This document shows, in pieces, positions 1 to 9,506 of a stretch of DNA of 64,000 nt (its first letter is position 1; the number at the start of each line of letters is the position of its first letter). The DNA lies in contig JAAZEM010000131.1 in assembly GCA_012512265.1 (NCBI GenBank), positions 1,837 through 65,836 on the forward strand. The letters are read 5' to 3'. The translations under genes and the position numbers were made by a program. The DNA comes from Armatimonadota bacterium. GTDB taxonomy: Bacteria > Armatimonadota > JAAZEB01. Below the pieces are notes generated by a model that was given only the letters and a program-made list of their open reading frames with translations, was not told where the DNA came from and did no database searches.

Positions 1-1565
1 TCATCATCGATGCCACCTATGAGGGCGACATCGCGGCCTATGCCGGCGCTGAATACCGCGTGGGCCGCGAGAGCCGCGACGACTACAACGAGCGCCACGC
101 CGGCGAGATCTTCTGGAACCTCGACGAGAAGAAGATCGTGTGGGGCAGCGGTGCTGGCGACCGTCGTGTGCAGGCCTACAACTACCGCCTCTGCATGACC
201 ACCCGCCCGGATCTCCGCCTTCCCGCCAAGCGCCCGGAAGGCTACGACCGCACGCATTACCTGAAGATCATCGGCGATGCCCGCTCCGGCTACGCCACCG
301 TGAAGCGCGTCCTCGGCTTGCAGGGCGCTCTCCCCAACGACAAGTGGGATATCAACAACAGCGGCGGCTACTGGCCCTCCACCGATTTCGTCGGCGCCAA
401 CTACGACTACCCCGAGGCGGATTGGCAGCGGCGCGAGGAGATCATCCGGGCGCACCGCGCCTATGTCCAGGGCCTCCTCTACTTCATCCAGAACGACCCG
501 GAGCTTCCCGAGGAGTTCCGGAAGGAGGCCAACCGCTGGGGGCTCTGCCGCGACGAGTTCGTCGACAACGACAATTGGCCGACGCAGCTCTACATCCGGG
601 AGGGGCGCCGGATCGTGGGCGAGGTCTGGTTCACCGAGAATGACGAGCGCCCCCGCGAGGGCGAGGAGCGCAGCCCATTGCTCCCCCACGGCATCGCCGT
701 CGGCGACTATCCGCTCGACTCGCATGCCACCCAGGTGCCCAAGCCGGACCAGCCGCACCTGATCGAGGGCTTCTTCTACGGCGGACCCACCCAGCCTTAT
801 CAGATCCCGATGGGGATCATGATCCCGCGGGGTCTCGAGGGCCTGCTGGTGCCGGTCGCGGTCTCCGCGACACACATTGCGTTCAGCACCATCCGCATGG
901 AGCCGACGTGGATGGCCTTGGGCTATGCCGCAGGCACGGCGGCCTATGTGAGCATCCGGCACAACCTTCCGATCCGCGAGGTGCCCCCGGCGCTCGTTCA
1001 GGATGTCACGCTGCTATCGCACCAGGTGACGCTCTTCCTCAAAGATGTGCCCTACCAGCACCGCGACTTCGCCGGCCTGAACTACGGCGGCCTGATCGGG
1101 CTCTTCCCCACGTACGAGGCGAAACCGGATGAGGCGCTCGACCGGGGCACGGCGGCGCAGTGGCTATGGAAGTGGATGCGCGTGCGCCGGCCAGGGATGG
1201 AAGCGCCGCGCGAGGCGCCCCAATTCTCGGATCTGGGCGAGGACTCCCCAGTGGCGCCCGCCGCGCGCGTTCTCGCCGCCACCGGGGTGATGGGGCCGGT
1301 GCCTTCCGGCGAGGCGTTCCGGCCCGACGAGGCACTGACAGCCGCCGATGCGATCCAGTGGATCGCGCGCGCGCATGGGGCTTCCGATCCCACGGGGCGT
1401 TCGCCGCGCGTGAAGGCGGAGCTGGAGCAGAGCGTGCGTGCTCTCCTGGAGGACGCGGTGCAGCGTGCTCCCGAAATCGAGGCCGAGAAGGTGACCCGCG
1501 GCCAGTTCCTGCGCTTGCTCTATCTGGCAGCTCAGGTGGGCCTCCCTGCCTCGGCCACGCGGTAA
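1..1565 (+). CDS. FAD-dependent oxidoreductase family protein (5' end lies outside the window)
   Basis: The frame is open from the window edge (frame of nt 3) to TAA at 1563-1565. The translation IIDATYEGDIAAYAGAEYRVGRE...NYRLCMTTRP...VGDYPLDSH resembles FAD_oxidored-type flavoproteins. The ORF-track GTG at 60 is only an internal codon. Confidence 0.7.
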   Translation, partial: IIDATYEGDIAAYAGAEYRVGRESRDDYNERHAGEIFWNLDEKKIVWGSGAGDRRVQAYNYRLCMTTRPDLRLPAKRPEGYDRTHYLKIIGDARSGYATVKRVLGLQGALPNDKWDINNSGGYWPSTDFVGANYDYPEADWQRREEIIRAHRAYVQGLLYFIQNDPELPEEFRKEANRWGLCRDEFVDNDNWPTQLYIREGRRIVGEVWFTENDERPREGEERSPLLPHGIAVGDYPLDSHATQVPKPDQPHLIEGFFYGGPTQPYQIPMGIMIPRGLEGLLVPVAVSATHIAFSTIRMEPTWMALGYAAGTAAYVSIRHNLPIREVPPALVQDVTLLSHQVTLFLKDVPYQHRDFAGLNYGGLIGLFPTYEAKPDEALDRGTAAQWLWKWMRVRRPGMEAPREAPQFSDLGEDSPVAPAARVLAATGVMGPVPSGEAFRPDEALTAADAIQWIARAHGASDPTGRSPRVKAELEQSVRALLEDAVQRAPEIEAEKVTRGQFLRLLYLAAQVGLPASATR

Positions 1566-1719
1566 GTCCCAGCAGCATCCCGGATCGATGCGATATGCTC
1601 GCGCCGAATCGGGTATACCTCCCGGCGTATGCGGGCGGCCCGGGCAGCAGTTGCCGCGGGCGGTGTACCCTGTTGCCGCTTTGTGCCCGGCCGCCCTGCA
1701 CGCGTGGAGGAGGATGACG

Positions 1720-1974
1720 ATGCGGGTTCGCGACAAACGCGCGGTCGATGTTGAGGAACACGGCAACATCGGTGAGAGCAGGCACCCGACCACGATAGGC
1801 ATCGGCCATATTGGCGAGACTCCGGAGACGGAGTTCGCCGTTGGCGGCGGCACGCGCACCATCCGGATTGATGAGGAGGTGAGCCAGATCGCCGCCGGCG
1901 AGCCGGGCCTGCGCACGACCAGCCCTCCAGGGGGCGTGAGCCCCTCTGAGGATGAAGAAGAAGAGGAGTTCTAA
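1720..1974 (+). CDS. small acidic hypothetical protein (ends EDEEEEEF)
   Basis: GGAGGAGG lies at 1707-1713, just before ATG 1714/1720. Third-position GC is coding-like. The TAA stop abuts the ATG of the next gene at 1975. I recognise no family. Confidence 0.4.
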   Translation: MRVRDKRAVDVEEHGNIGESRHPTTIGIGHIGETPETEFAVGGGTRTIRIDEEVSQIAAGEPGLRTTSPPGGVSPSEDEEEEEF

Positions 1975-2196
1975 ATGGACTCATGGGAGGATGCCCGCCT
2001 GGAAGCGGCAGTCCGGCAATCGCTGGAGCGGGATCCCAACATGGCGGGCTCGCATCTCCAGGTCGAAGTGAAAGCAGGACGAGTGCGCCTCCGGGGGTTC
2101 GTGCGCTCTACCCGCCAGCGCGATCGGGCATTCTCAGTGGCGCGCAACTTTGGCGGGACTGAGGGTGTGGAGGGCGACTTGCTCCTGACACCTTAA
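1975..2196 (+). CDS. BON domain-containing protein
   Basis: The 73-aa product DARLEAAVRQSLERDPNMAGSHLQVEVKAGRVRLRGFVRSTRQRDRAFSVARNFGGTEGVEGDL matches the BON-domain pattern (conserved Gly, 'v.G.V.s...r..a'). Confidence 0.75.
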   Translation: MDSWEDARLEAAVRQSLERDPNMAGSHLQVEVKAGRVRLRGFVRSTRQRDRAFSVARNFGGTEGVEGDLLLTP

Positions 2197-2620
2197 TGCC
2201 CGCGGCGGCATGGACGGTGCTCGCGGACCCAGAACTCTTCTTTCCGACACGCCGCCGCAGGCACGCTTTCCTTTGTGCAAGAGGCGTACCACTCTGCCCC
2301 TGAACGCCTCCCCGGCGAAGGAGGGCGCCCGCGAAGCGGCGAACAGAAGCCCCGGGGTGCTGCCTGCTCCTCAGGGGGGTGGAGCTCACTCATCCTGGAT
2401 TGCCACGCTGGTTCGCACGCTCCGATGCTCCCCTGGCCCCGGATCACGGCTGCCCGACGCATGGCGCCTGGCCGGGGGCTCATCCCTGGAAAGGGGCGCC
2501 CCATGATGAAGCCCGCTTTCACGAGGCGGAGGCATCCCTCGATTGGCTGCCCGGTGCGGATTGCCGGGCCAGAGGGCGCCTCACTCTCCGCATCGCACCC
2601 GTCAGGGGGGAGGATAGAGA

Positions 2621-3679
2621 ATGCGTGATGAGTCGTTAGCTTTCCTGCGCCGTCTGCTGGAGGCCCCCAGCCCTTCCGGATACGAGCGCCCGGCCCAGGA
2701 CGTGGTCCGCGATTGGGCTGGATCGTTTGCTGATGAAGTGCGCACGGACGTCCATGGCAACGTCATTGCCGCCGTGAACCCGTCGGGGCGCCCACGCATC
2801 ATGTTGGCCGGCCACTGCGACCAGATCGGGTTGATGGTCCAGCATATCGACGACGACGGCTACCTCTATGTCAACCAGATCGGTGGCCACGATATCACCG
2901 TCCTCATCGGCCAGAACGTGGTGGTGTGGACGAAGAACGGCCCTGTGTCCGGCGTGATGGCGCGCAAGCCGATCCACCTGATGAAGGATGACGAGGAGAA
3001 GAAGCCCCCCAAGATCCACGACCTCTGGGTGGATATCGGCGCGGCCAACAAGCAGGAGGCACTCGAGGCGGTGGAGATCGGCGACCCGATCACCTGGAGC
3101 CTCGGCATGAGGACGTTGCGCAACGACCTGGCCGCTTCCCCCGCCTTCGACGACAAGGCCGGCGTCTACGTCGTCATGGAGGCGCTCCGGCTTCTCACCG
3201 AGGAGCGGCCTACCGCTGCGGTCTTCGCTGTCTCGACGGTCCAGGAGGAGATCGGCCTGCGTGGCGCGGTCACCAGCACCTTCGCCGTGGAGCCCCAGGT
3301 GGGTATCGCCGTCGATGTGACCTTCGCCACTGACCATCCCGGCGCAGATAAGAAAGTGTGCGGCGACGTCTCTCTCAACAAAGGGCCGGCGATTCACCGT
3401 GGCCCGAATATGAACCCCGTGGTCGTCTCCCGCCTGATCGCCGCGGCCCAGGAGAAGGGGATTCCCTATCAGCTGGTGGGCTCCGCGCGGGCAACCGGCA
3501 CCGATGCCAACGTGATGCAGATCAGCCGCGGCGGCGTCGCGACCGGGCTGGTGAGCGTGCCCAACCGCTACATGCACAGCCCGGTGGAGACGGTTTCGCT
3601 CCGCGATATGCAGCACGCCGCCGAGCTCCTGGCGGCTTTTGTCCTCAAAGTGGAAACGGACGCGGAGTTCATCCCCTGA
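2621..3679 (+). CDS. M42 family metallopeptidase (FrvX/YpdE-like aminopeptidase)
   Basis: The N-terminus LLEAPSPSGYERPAQDVV...DVHGNVIA...IMLAGHCDQIGLMV...IGG and the later FDDKAGV, QEEIGLRGA and NRYMHSP are typical M42 motifs. A GGGGGGAGGA RBS lies upstream. Confidence 0.9.
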   Translation: MRDESLAFLRRLLEAPSPSGYERPAQDVVRDWAGSFADEVRTDVHGNVIAAVNPSGRPRIMLAGHCDQIGLMVQHIDDDGYLYVNQIGGHDITVLIGQNVVVWTKNGPVSGVMARKPIHLMKDDEEKKPPKIHDLWVDIGAANKQEALEAVEIGDPITWSLGMRTLRNDLAASPAFDDKAGVYVVMEALRLLTEERPTAAVFAVSTVQEEIGLRGAVTSTFAVEPQVGIAVDVTFATDHPGADKKVCGDVSLNKGPAIHRGPNMNPVVVSRLIAAAQEKGIPYQLVGSARATGTDANVMQISRGGVATGLVSVPNRYMHSPVETVSLRDMQHAAELLAAFVLKVETDAEFIP

Positions 3680-3807
3680 TGGCGCTTTGAGGTTCCCGTG
3701 GGCAAGGAGCGCATGGTCGCAGTGCGCCCCTTGCCTCGCGCTGTCACGGTTTAGGCGCGAGGCCTCTCGCCGATAGTCCTCGCCACCTTCCCGGAGGGAG
3801 GGAGCAA

Positions 3808-4839
3808 ATGCTTGAGAAGGAGACATGCATCCGGTTGCTGCGGACGATGTACCGCATCCGCTTCTTCGAGGAGCGTCTGAAGAAGCATTACGACTACCGG
3901 GCATATTTCGAGCGGCCCGCTTCGGGAAAGCGAGACACGAGCGACCTCGTTGGCGCGGATGGCTATGACTTCGCGAGCCACGGCCTGATCGGCGGCGCGG
4001 TTCACCTCTCCATCGGCCAGGAGGCTGTCTCGGCCGGCATTGGCGCGCACCTGGGGCCACGAGACGCCGCCTTCAGTAGCCACCGCAGTCACGGGCACGC
4101 GATTGCCAAGGGCGCCGATCTCAAGGCCGCGTTCGCAGAGCTGATGGGGAGGAAGACGGGGCTTTCGCGTGGCTACGGCGGCTCGATGCACCTCTTCGAC
4201 CCGGCGAACGGCTTCCTGGGGGGCAACGGCATCATCGGCGGGCAGATCCCGCTGGCGCTGGGGCCGGCGTTCGCGGCGAAATACCGCGGCGAGCCCCACG
4301 TCTCGGTCGTCTTTTTCGGCGATGGCGGTGCCAACCAGGGCACGCTCCTGGAGTCGCTCAACCTCGCCGCGCTCTGGAAGCTGCCGGTCCTCTTCGTCTG
4401 CGAGAACAACCTGTGGGCCAACCAGACGCCCGTCGCGCTCTCGCTTCCGACGGAGGATGTGGCCCCGCGCGCCGAGGCGTTTGGCATCCCCGGCGAGATC
4501 ATCGATGGCCAGGATGTTCTCGCGGTCTACCACCTCGCCGGCGAGGCGGTGAGCCGGGCGCGCTCCGGCGGCGGCCCCACCTTCATCGAGGCGAAGACGT
4601 TCCGGTTTGAGGGCCACTGCGGCGTCTCGCGGGGGCATGAGGACCCGGAGCAGTGCGCCGAGTGGCGCAAGCGTGACCCGATACTCCTCTTCGAGCAGCG
4701 CCTGGCCTGCGAAGGCACCGTAACCCCGGAAGAGCAGCGCGCGATCCGGACGGCGGTGCTGGCGGAGATTGATGAGGCGGAGGCGTTCGCCACGAGCAGC
4801 CCGTTTCCGGATCCCGAGGAGCTCTCGGCTTTTCTCTGA
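3808..4839 (+). CDS. thiamine-diphosphate-dependent 2-oxoacid (pyruvate/acetoin) dehydrogenase E1 alpha subunit
   Basis: YRIRFFEERL, HLSIGQEAVSAG, SHRSHGHAIAKG, GGSMH, FFGDGGANQGTLLESLNLAALWKLPVLFVCENN (TPP-binding GDG...NN motif). Confidence 0.9.
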   Translation: MLEKETCIRLLRTMYRIRFFEERLKKHYDYRAYFERPASGKRDTSDLVGADGYDFASHGLIGGAVHLSIGQEAVSAGIGAHLGPRDAAFSSHRSHGHAIAKGADLKAAFAELMGRKTGLSRGYGGSMHLFDPANGFLGGNGIIGGQIPLALGPAFAAKYRGEPHVSVVFFGDGGANQGTLLESLNLAALWKLPVLFVCENNLWANQTPVALSLPTEDVAPRAEAFGIPGEIIDGQDVLAVYHLAGEAVSRARSGGGPTFIEAKTFRFEGHCGVSRGHEDPEQCAEWRKRDPILLFEQRLACEGTVTPEEQRAIRTAVLAEIDEAEAFATSSPFPDPEELSAFL

Positions 4840-4878
4840 TCCGGCGTTCTGTGGCGCTTCTGGCGCGCGGGGAGAGCG

Positions 4879-5841
4879 ATGATGCGAGAGATCAGTTACG
4901 CGGCGGCGATTGGCGAGGCCCTCCGGGAGGAGATGGCCCGCGACGAGAGCGTCTTCGTGATCGGCGAGGATATCGGCCCGGTGCGGCAGGCAGAAGACCT
5001 CTTCGCGGCGTTTCGCGAGCGCCGGGTGTGGCAGACGCCGATCTCGGAGGCGGGATTCACCGGCCTGGCGGCGGGTGCGGCGGCGTCCGGCCTGCGCCCG
5101 GTCGTCGAAATCATGTACTGCGACTTTGTCGGTGTCGCCATGGATCAGATTTGCAACCAGGCGGCGAAGATGCACCTGATGTCTGGCGGGCAGGTGAAGG
5201 TGCCGATGGTGATCAAGACGCCCGCCGGGTGCGGCACGCGCGAGGGCGGGCACCACAGTGGCAGCCTGGAAGCGTGGTTCATCCATTCGCCCGGGATCAA
5301 GGTGGTGATGCCCGCCACCGCCTACGACGCCAAGGGATTGCTGAAGTCGGCGATCCGCGACGACGGCCTGGTGCTCTTCATCCAGCATCGCCTGCTCCAT
5401 CCGCTGACGCAGCAGGTGCCGGAAGGCGAGTGGATTGTGCCGCTCGGCAAGGCGGAGGTCAAGCGGACCGGCCGGGAGATCACCGTCGTCTCCTACTCCT
5501 ACGCGCTTACCAAGGTGCTCGCTGCGGCCGAGGAGCTCGCCGGGAGCATCGATGTCGAAGTGGTGGACCCGCGCACGCTCGTGCCGCTCGACGTCGAGAC
5601 CATTCTGGACTCGGTGGCGAAAACCGGCCGGCTGCTGGTCGTCCACGAGGCGCCCGCCCAGGGCGGAGCCGGCGCGGAGATCGTCCGGCAGGTGTCCGAG
5701 AGGGGCCTCAAGCTGCTGAAAGCCCCCCCCAGGGTGCTCGGGGCCAGGCATGTGCCGATGCCCTACAGCCCGCCGCTGGAGGACGCCTGCATTCCGCAGG
5801 TCGCTGATATCATTCGGACGATCCGCGAGATGGTCGAGTAA
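4879..5841 (+). CDS. 2-oxoacid dehydrogenase E1 beta subunit
   Basis: REALREEMARDESVFVIGEDIG, ISEAGFTGLAAGAA..GLRPVVEIM, GGHHSGSLEAWF, and the C-terminal transketolase-like VVDPRTLVPLD. It follows the alpha subunit after a 39-nt gap. Confidence 0.9.
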   Translation: MMREISYAAAIGEALREEMARDESVFVIGEDIGPVRQAEDLFAAFRERRVWQTPISEAGFTGLAAGAAASGLRPVVEIMYCDFVGVAMDQICNQAAKMHLMSGGQVKVPMVIKTPAGCGTREGGHHSGSLEAWFIHSPGIKVVMPATAYDAKGLLKSAIRDDGLVLFIQHRLLHPLTQQVPEGEWIVPLGKAEVKRTGREITVVSYSYALTKVLAAAEELAGSIDVEVVDPRTLVPLDVETILDSVAKTGRLLVVHEAPAQGGAGAEIVRQVSERGLKLLKAPPRVLGARHVPMPYSPPLEDACIPQVADIIRTIREMVE

Positions 5842-5960
5842 CGCCCCAGGCGAAGCTAGCGCGCTCTTCCTGGCAAGGCATGGCTTCTCGCTGCCTGGCG
5901 AGCGCGGGGAATTGGCAGCGCACGCCCGGGATCGGGCCCTGTTGCGAGTGGAGGAAAGAG

Positions 5961-7007
5961 ATGCAAGCCCCTATCGGCTGCGCGGTCATCGGCTATGGGC
6001 CGATGCACAACTTCGGATGGGCGCACTCGGCGTGGATCGATGCCACGCCGGAGTTGCGCCTGGTGGCCGTGTGTGACTGCGACCCGGCACGTACGGCGGC
6101 GGCGAAGGATGCCTTTCCGCATATTCGCACCTATAACGACGTGGCGCAGGTGTGGGAAGACCGCGAGATCCAGCTCGTCTCTATCGTCACGCCCCACTAC
6201 ACGCATTGTCCCCTCGCGTTGCAGGCGTTCGATGCGGGCAAGCACGTGGTGGTGGAGAAGGCGATGTGCCTCAATGTCGCCGAGGCGACCGCGATGGTTG
6301 AGGCCTCACAACGTGCCGGGCGCATGTTCGCCGTCCACCACAACCGCCGCCATGATGGCAACTACCGGCGCATCAAGGAGATCGTGAGCAGCGGCGCGAT
6401 TGGCGAGGTGTTTCATATCGAGCTCACGGCGGGGAGCTACTCAGAGTTTCGCCACGGGTGGTACTCGGAGAAGGAGAAGTCCGGCGGCGCGTTCTACTTC
6501 TGGGGGCCGCACGCGGTGGACTGGGTGCTCGACCTGGTGCCGCAACGGATCACAGGCGTCAACGGTTTCTTCCACAAGCTCGTCTGGCACAACATCTCGA
6601 ACGAGGACCAGGTGCGCGCGATTATCCGCTTCGAAGGCGGCGCCGTGGCCGACGTGACGTGGTCGCACATCGCCGCGATTGGCAAGCCGCTGTGGCGGAT
6701 CCTCGGCACGAAGGGGGCGATCCTCGATACGGGCGCCGGCGGCAATGTGGGCTATGAGAAGCAGATACATGGTCCCTCCGGGGGTAGCCTCACTCTGGTG
6801 ACCGTGGGCGAGGATGGGCGCAAAGAGGAGAAGGTGCCCTATCTGGAGTCCGACTGGGAGCAGTATTGGCAGGACGTGGCGGACCACCTCCTGCGCGGTG
6901 GCCCCGTTCCTGTGCCGGGCACTGTTGGCCGCCGGGTGATCGGCGTCTTCGAGGCGGCCGAACGCTCCTCCCGGACCGGCCAGACAGAGCAGGTGCCGTA
7001 CGAGTAG
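5961..7007 (+). CDS. Gfo/Idh/MocA family oxidoreductase
   Basis: Rossmann N-terminus IGCAVIGYGPMHNFGWAH, then VVVEKAMCLNVAEA and AVHHNRRHD. ATG 5961 is preceded by GGAGGAAAGAG, so the longer ORF-track start at 5880 is unlikely. Confidence 0.85.
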   Translation: MQAPIGCAVIGYGPMHNFGWAHSAWIDATPELRLVAVCDCDPARTAAAKDAFPHIRTYNDVAQVWEDREIQLVSIVTPHYTHCPLALQAFDAGKHVVVEKAMCLNVAEATAMVEASQRAGRMFAVHHNRRHDGNYRRIKEIVSSGAIGEVFHIELTAGSYSEFRHGWYSEKEKSGGAFYFWGPHAVDWVLDLVPQRITGVNGFFHKLVWHNISNEDQVRAIIRFEGGAVADVTWSHIAAIGKPLWRILGTKGAILDTGAGGNVGYEKQIHGPSGGSLTLVTVGEDGRKEEKVPYLESDWEQYWQDVADHLLRGGPVPVPGTVGRRVIGVFEAAERSSRTGQTEQVPYE

Positions 7008-7035
7008 GCCCGAAACGCCACGGAAGACCCCCGTA

Positions 7036-8559
7036 ATGTCTGAATTCTCCGCCCGGTATGGCGAGCGCGTAGGCCTGGAGCGCAGGAAGCAGTTTGGGCA
7101 GTTCTTCACCCCGGAGCCCATCGCGCGATGGATGGTGCGATGGGTTCTGGCGGGCGGAGCGGGGCGGGTGTACGATCCTGCGTTCGGGTTGGGCGCGTTC
7201 CACCAGGCGGCGGGAGAGATAGCCGAGGGCGTTGCCTTCGAGGGCTCCGAGGTCGATCCGGTGATCCTCGGATTCTGGCGTGCGCGAGGGGATGAGAATG
7301 GCGCGGTCGTTCGCCAAGAGGACTACCTGCGCGCGTGGGGCCGACAGTGGCCGGCCATCGTCTGCAATCCGCCCTACAGGCGGTTTCAGAAGTTCCTCGG
7401 GCGCGAGGAGGTGTTCGCGGCGTTCGAGGAACACCTGGGGGTGAAGCTCTCCGGCTACACCAACATCGCCTCGGCGTTCCTGCTCAAGTCGATCTCGGAG
7501 CTGTGCGACGGGGGAAGACTGGCCTACATCCTCCCGCTGGAGTTCCTGAACACCGGGTATGGCGCCGTGGTCAAGCGGCAAATGCTGGCGCGTGGGCAGC
7601 TGCACGCCATCATCCGGCTGGATTGCGAGAAGGCGGCGTTCCCGGACGTGGTCACCAGCGTGGGAATCCTCCTCTTCGAGAAGCGCGCGCCGCGTTTCCC
7701 TACGCGATTCTATGTGGTTTCCCGGCTGGATGCCTTGGAGACGGTGCTGGATACGCCTCCGGTGAACAGCATCCCGCCCGAAGAGCTGCGGCCCGGCGAG
7801 AAATGGCTGCGCCACTTTGAAGCAGGAACGCTCCCACCGCGCTCGCCGCACCTGGTGCCCCTCTCCACCTACGGCACGTTTAGCCGCGGGATCGCCACGG
7901 GGGCGAACGCCTTCTTTGTCCTTCGGCCCTCGCAGGTCACGGCACTGGGACTGGCTCCCGAGGAGGTCGTGCCATGCATCACGCGCAGCGTGCAGATCCG
8001 CGATCCACTCTTCACCGAGAGCGAGTTTCGCCGCCTGGTTGAGGAGGATGCCCCGGTTTACCTCCTGCGCGCGGGCGATCCCCCGTCTGCGGCGGCGGCG
8101 TGCTACATCCGGCGCGGGGAGGCAGAGGGTTACCATAGGCGCTACCTGACGCGTTTCCGCGATCCCTGGTATCGCCTGGAGAGGCGCCGGCCGGCGCCGA
8201 TCCTCTTCGGCGCCTTCTCCCGCGATGGCTACAAAGTGATCCGCAACCACTCCCAGGCGCTGAACCTGACCTGTTATCATGGCTTCCAGCCTGCCGGGCA
8301 GGGAGCGCGTTACGTGGAGCGGCTCTTCCTCTACCTCTTATCGCGGGTGGGGAGGGAGACCGTGGCGCTCAACGTGCGCCAGTACGGGGCCGCTCTGGGA
8401 AAATACGAGCCGAACGACCTCAACCAGGCGCTGGTGCCCTCAATGGAGTGGCTGGATCGGCTCGATGAGGAGCAGGCGGCCGTGGAGATCGAGCATGCGC
8501 GGCACGGCTACCTCTCCTCCGAAATGGAAGCCCTCTTCGAGACGCTGATCGATCCCTGA
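7036..8559 (+). CDS. N6-adenine DNA methyltransferase (gamma-class, Eco57I/TaqI-like), solitary
   Basis: FGQFFTPEPIARWM, an AdoMet motif YDPAFGLGAF, then the catalytic motif IV CNPPY, plus a C-terminal target-recognition-like region. No nuclease-like ORF lies on either side. Confidence 0.85.
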   Translation: MSEFSARYGERVGLERRKQFGQFFTPEPIARWMVRWVLAGGAGRVYDPAFGLGAFHQAAGEIAEGVAFEGSEVDPVILGFWRARGDENGAVVRQEDYLRAWGRQWPAIVCNPPYRRFQKFLGREEVFAAFEEHLGVKLSGYTNIASAFLLKSISELCDGGRLAYILPLEFLNTGYGAVVKRQMLARGQLHAIIRLDCEKAAFPDVVTSVGILLFEKRAPRFPTRFYVVSRLDALETVLDTPPVNSIPPEELRPGEKWLRHFEAGTLPPRSPHLVPLSTYGTFSRGIATGANAFFVLRPSQVTALGLAPEEVVPCITRSVQIRDPLFTESEFRRLVEEDAPVYLLRAGDPPSAAAACYIRRGEAEGYHRRYLTRFRDPWYRLERRRPAPILFGAFSRDGYKVIRNHSQALNLTCYHGFQPAGQGARYVERLFLYLLSRVGRETVALNVRQYGAALGKYEPNDLNQALVPSMEWLDRLDEEQAAVEIEHARHGYLSSEMEALFETLIDP

Positions 8560-8631
8560 CTGCCGGCCCGAGGGCAGGAAAGAACACTGGTCCGGCCTCC
8601 TCTCGGAACCCCGATGGGCATGCCGCTTTGT

Positions 8632-8661
8632 TTGACAGGCTACGGCCCGCTTCGGTATAAT
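8632..8661 (+). promoter_or_regulatory. consensus sigma70-like promoter upstream of scpA
   Basis: Exact TTGACA (8632-8637), an 18-nt spacer, exact TATAAT (8656-8661), in the 163-nt gap before scpA. Confidence 0.4.
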
Positions 8662-8722
8662 GGACAAGGAGGTAGGGGACCTCCAGGGCTTTCCTGCAGC
8701 GGGCAGGTGAGCCTCTCTTTTC

Positions 8723-9502
8723 TTGGGGCGCCAATCGGCGGAGCGAGGCGGAACTTTGGCTTATGTGGTTGAGTTGGACGCGTTTTCGGGCCCCCTGGAT
8801 CTGCTTCTGCACCTGATTCAGAAGCAGGAAATTGATATCTACGACATCCCGATCGCCCGCATCACCGACCAGTACCTCGCCTATCTGCAGCTTCTGGAAG
8901 CCCTCGACATTGAGGTTGCCGGCGAATTCATCGTCATGGCGGCGACTTTGATGGAGATCAAGTCACGCATGTTACTGCCGCCGGCGCCCAAGCAGGAGGA
9001 TGAGGAGGAAGGTCCCGACCCTCGCGCCGAGTTGGTGCAGATGCTCGAGGAGTACCGGCGCTATAAGGAGGCCGCCGAGCAGTTCAAGAAGCGCTCGGAG
9101 GTGTGGGGGCGCGTCTTCCCGCGCGGGAGCGAGCTGCCGGCGGAGATTGCGAGTCTGGTCCCCGAGGCAGGGTTTGCCAACCTCTCCGTGCCGGCGCTGC
9201 TCGAAGCGTTGCAGCAGGTGCTCCTGGAGGCGGAGACCGAGCACGGCGCGCGCACCGTTCAGCGTGAGAAGGTGACGGTGCGCATGAAGATCGCCGAGCT
9301 GTGGCACCGTCTCAGCGTGCATCCGGAGGGGGTCACCTTCCGGTCGCTCTTCGATCGCCCCTTCACCCGGGTGGATGTCATCGCGACCTTCCTGGCCGTG
9401 CTGGAGCTGCTCCGCCTTGGGCGAATCGTCGTCTGCCAGGCGCACGCCTTCGCGGAGCTGCACATTCAAAAGGTCCAGGCGGCTGCCGACGCGACCGCTT
9501 GA
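8723..9502 (+). CDS. scpA: segregation and condensation protein A
   Basis: LDAFSGPLDLLLHLIQKQEIDIYDIPIARITDQYLAYL is the ScpA signature. The real start may be the in-frame GTG at 8765. Confidence 0.9.
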   Translation: MGRQSAERGGTLAYVVELDAFSGPLDLLLHLIQKQEIDIYDIPIARITDQYLAYLQLLEALDIEVAGEFIVMAATLMEIKSRMLLPPAPKQEDEEEGPDPRAELVQMLEEYRRYKEAAEQFKKRSEVWGRVFPRGSELPAEIASLVPEAGFANLSVPALLEALQQVLLEAETEHGARTVQREKVTVRMKIAELWHRLSVHPEGVTFRSLFDRPFTRVDVIATFLAVLELLRLGRIVVCQAHAFAELHIQKVQAAADATA

Positions 9503-9506
9503 GTGA

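Noticed and set aside
2197-2620. Overlapping 86-117-aa ORFs in the gap before the M42 peptidase
   Set aside because: Several mutually overlapping frames are open, none with an RBS or a recognisable motif. Their Pro/Arg/Gly-rich composition fits non-coding high-GC DNA.
2636-5751. Long - strand ORFs 2636-4060 (474 aa) and 3751-5751 (666 aa)
   Set aside because: They lie antisense to the M42 peptidase and the E1 alpha/beta genes, all of which have unambiguous family motifs.
6790-8280. 496-aa - strand ORF
   Set aside because: It lies antisense to the DNA methyltransferase and the end of the oxidoreductase. I considered it as a possible hidden restriction partner, but the sequence is Arg/Pro/Gly-rich with no nuclease-like motif (no PD-(D/E)xK or HNH pattern seen).
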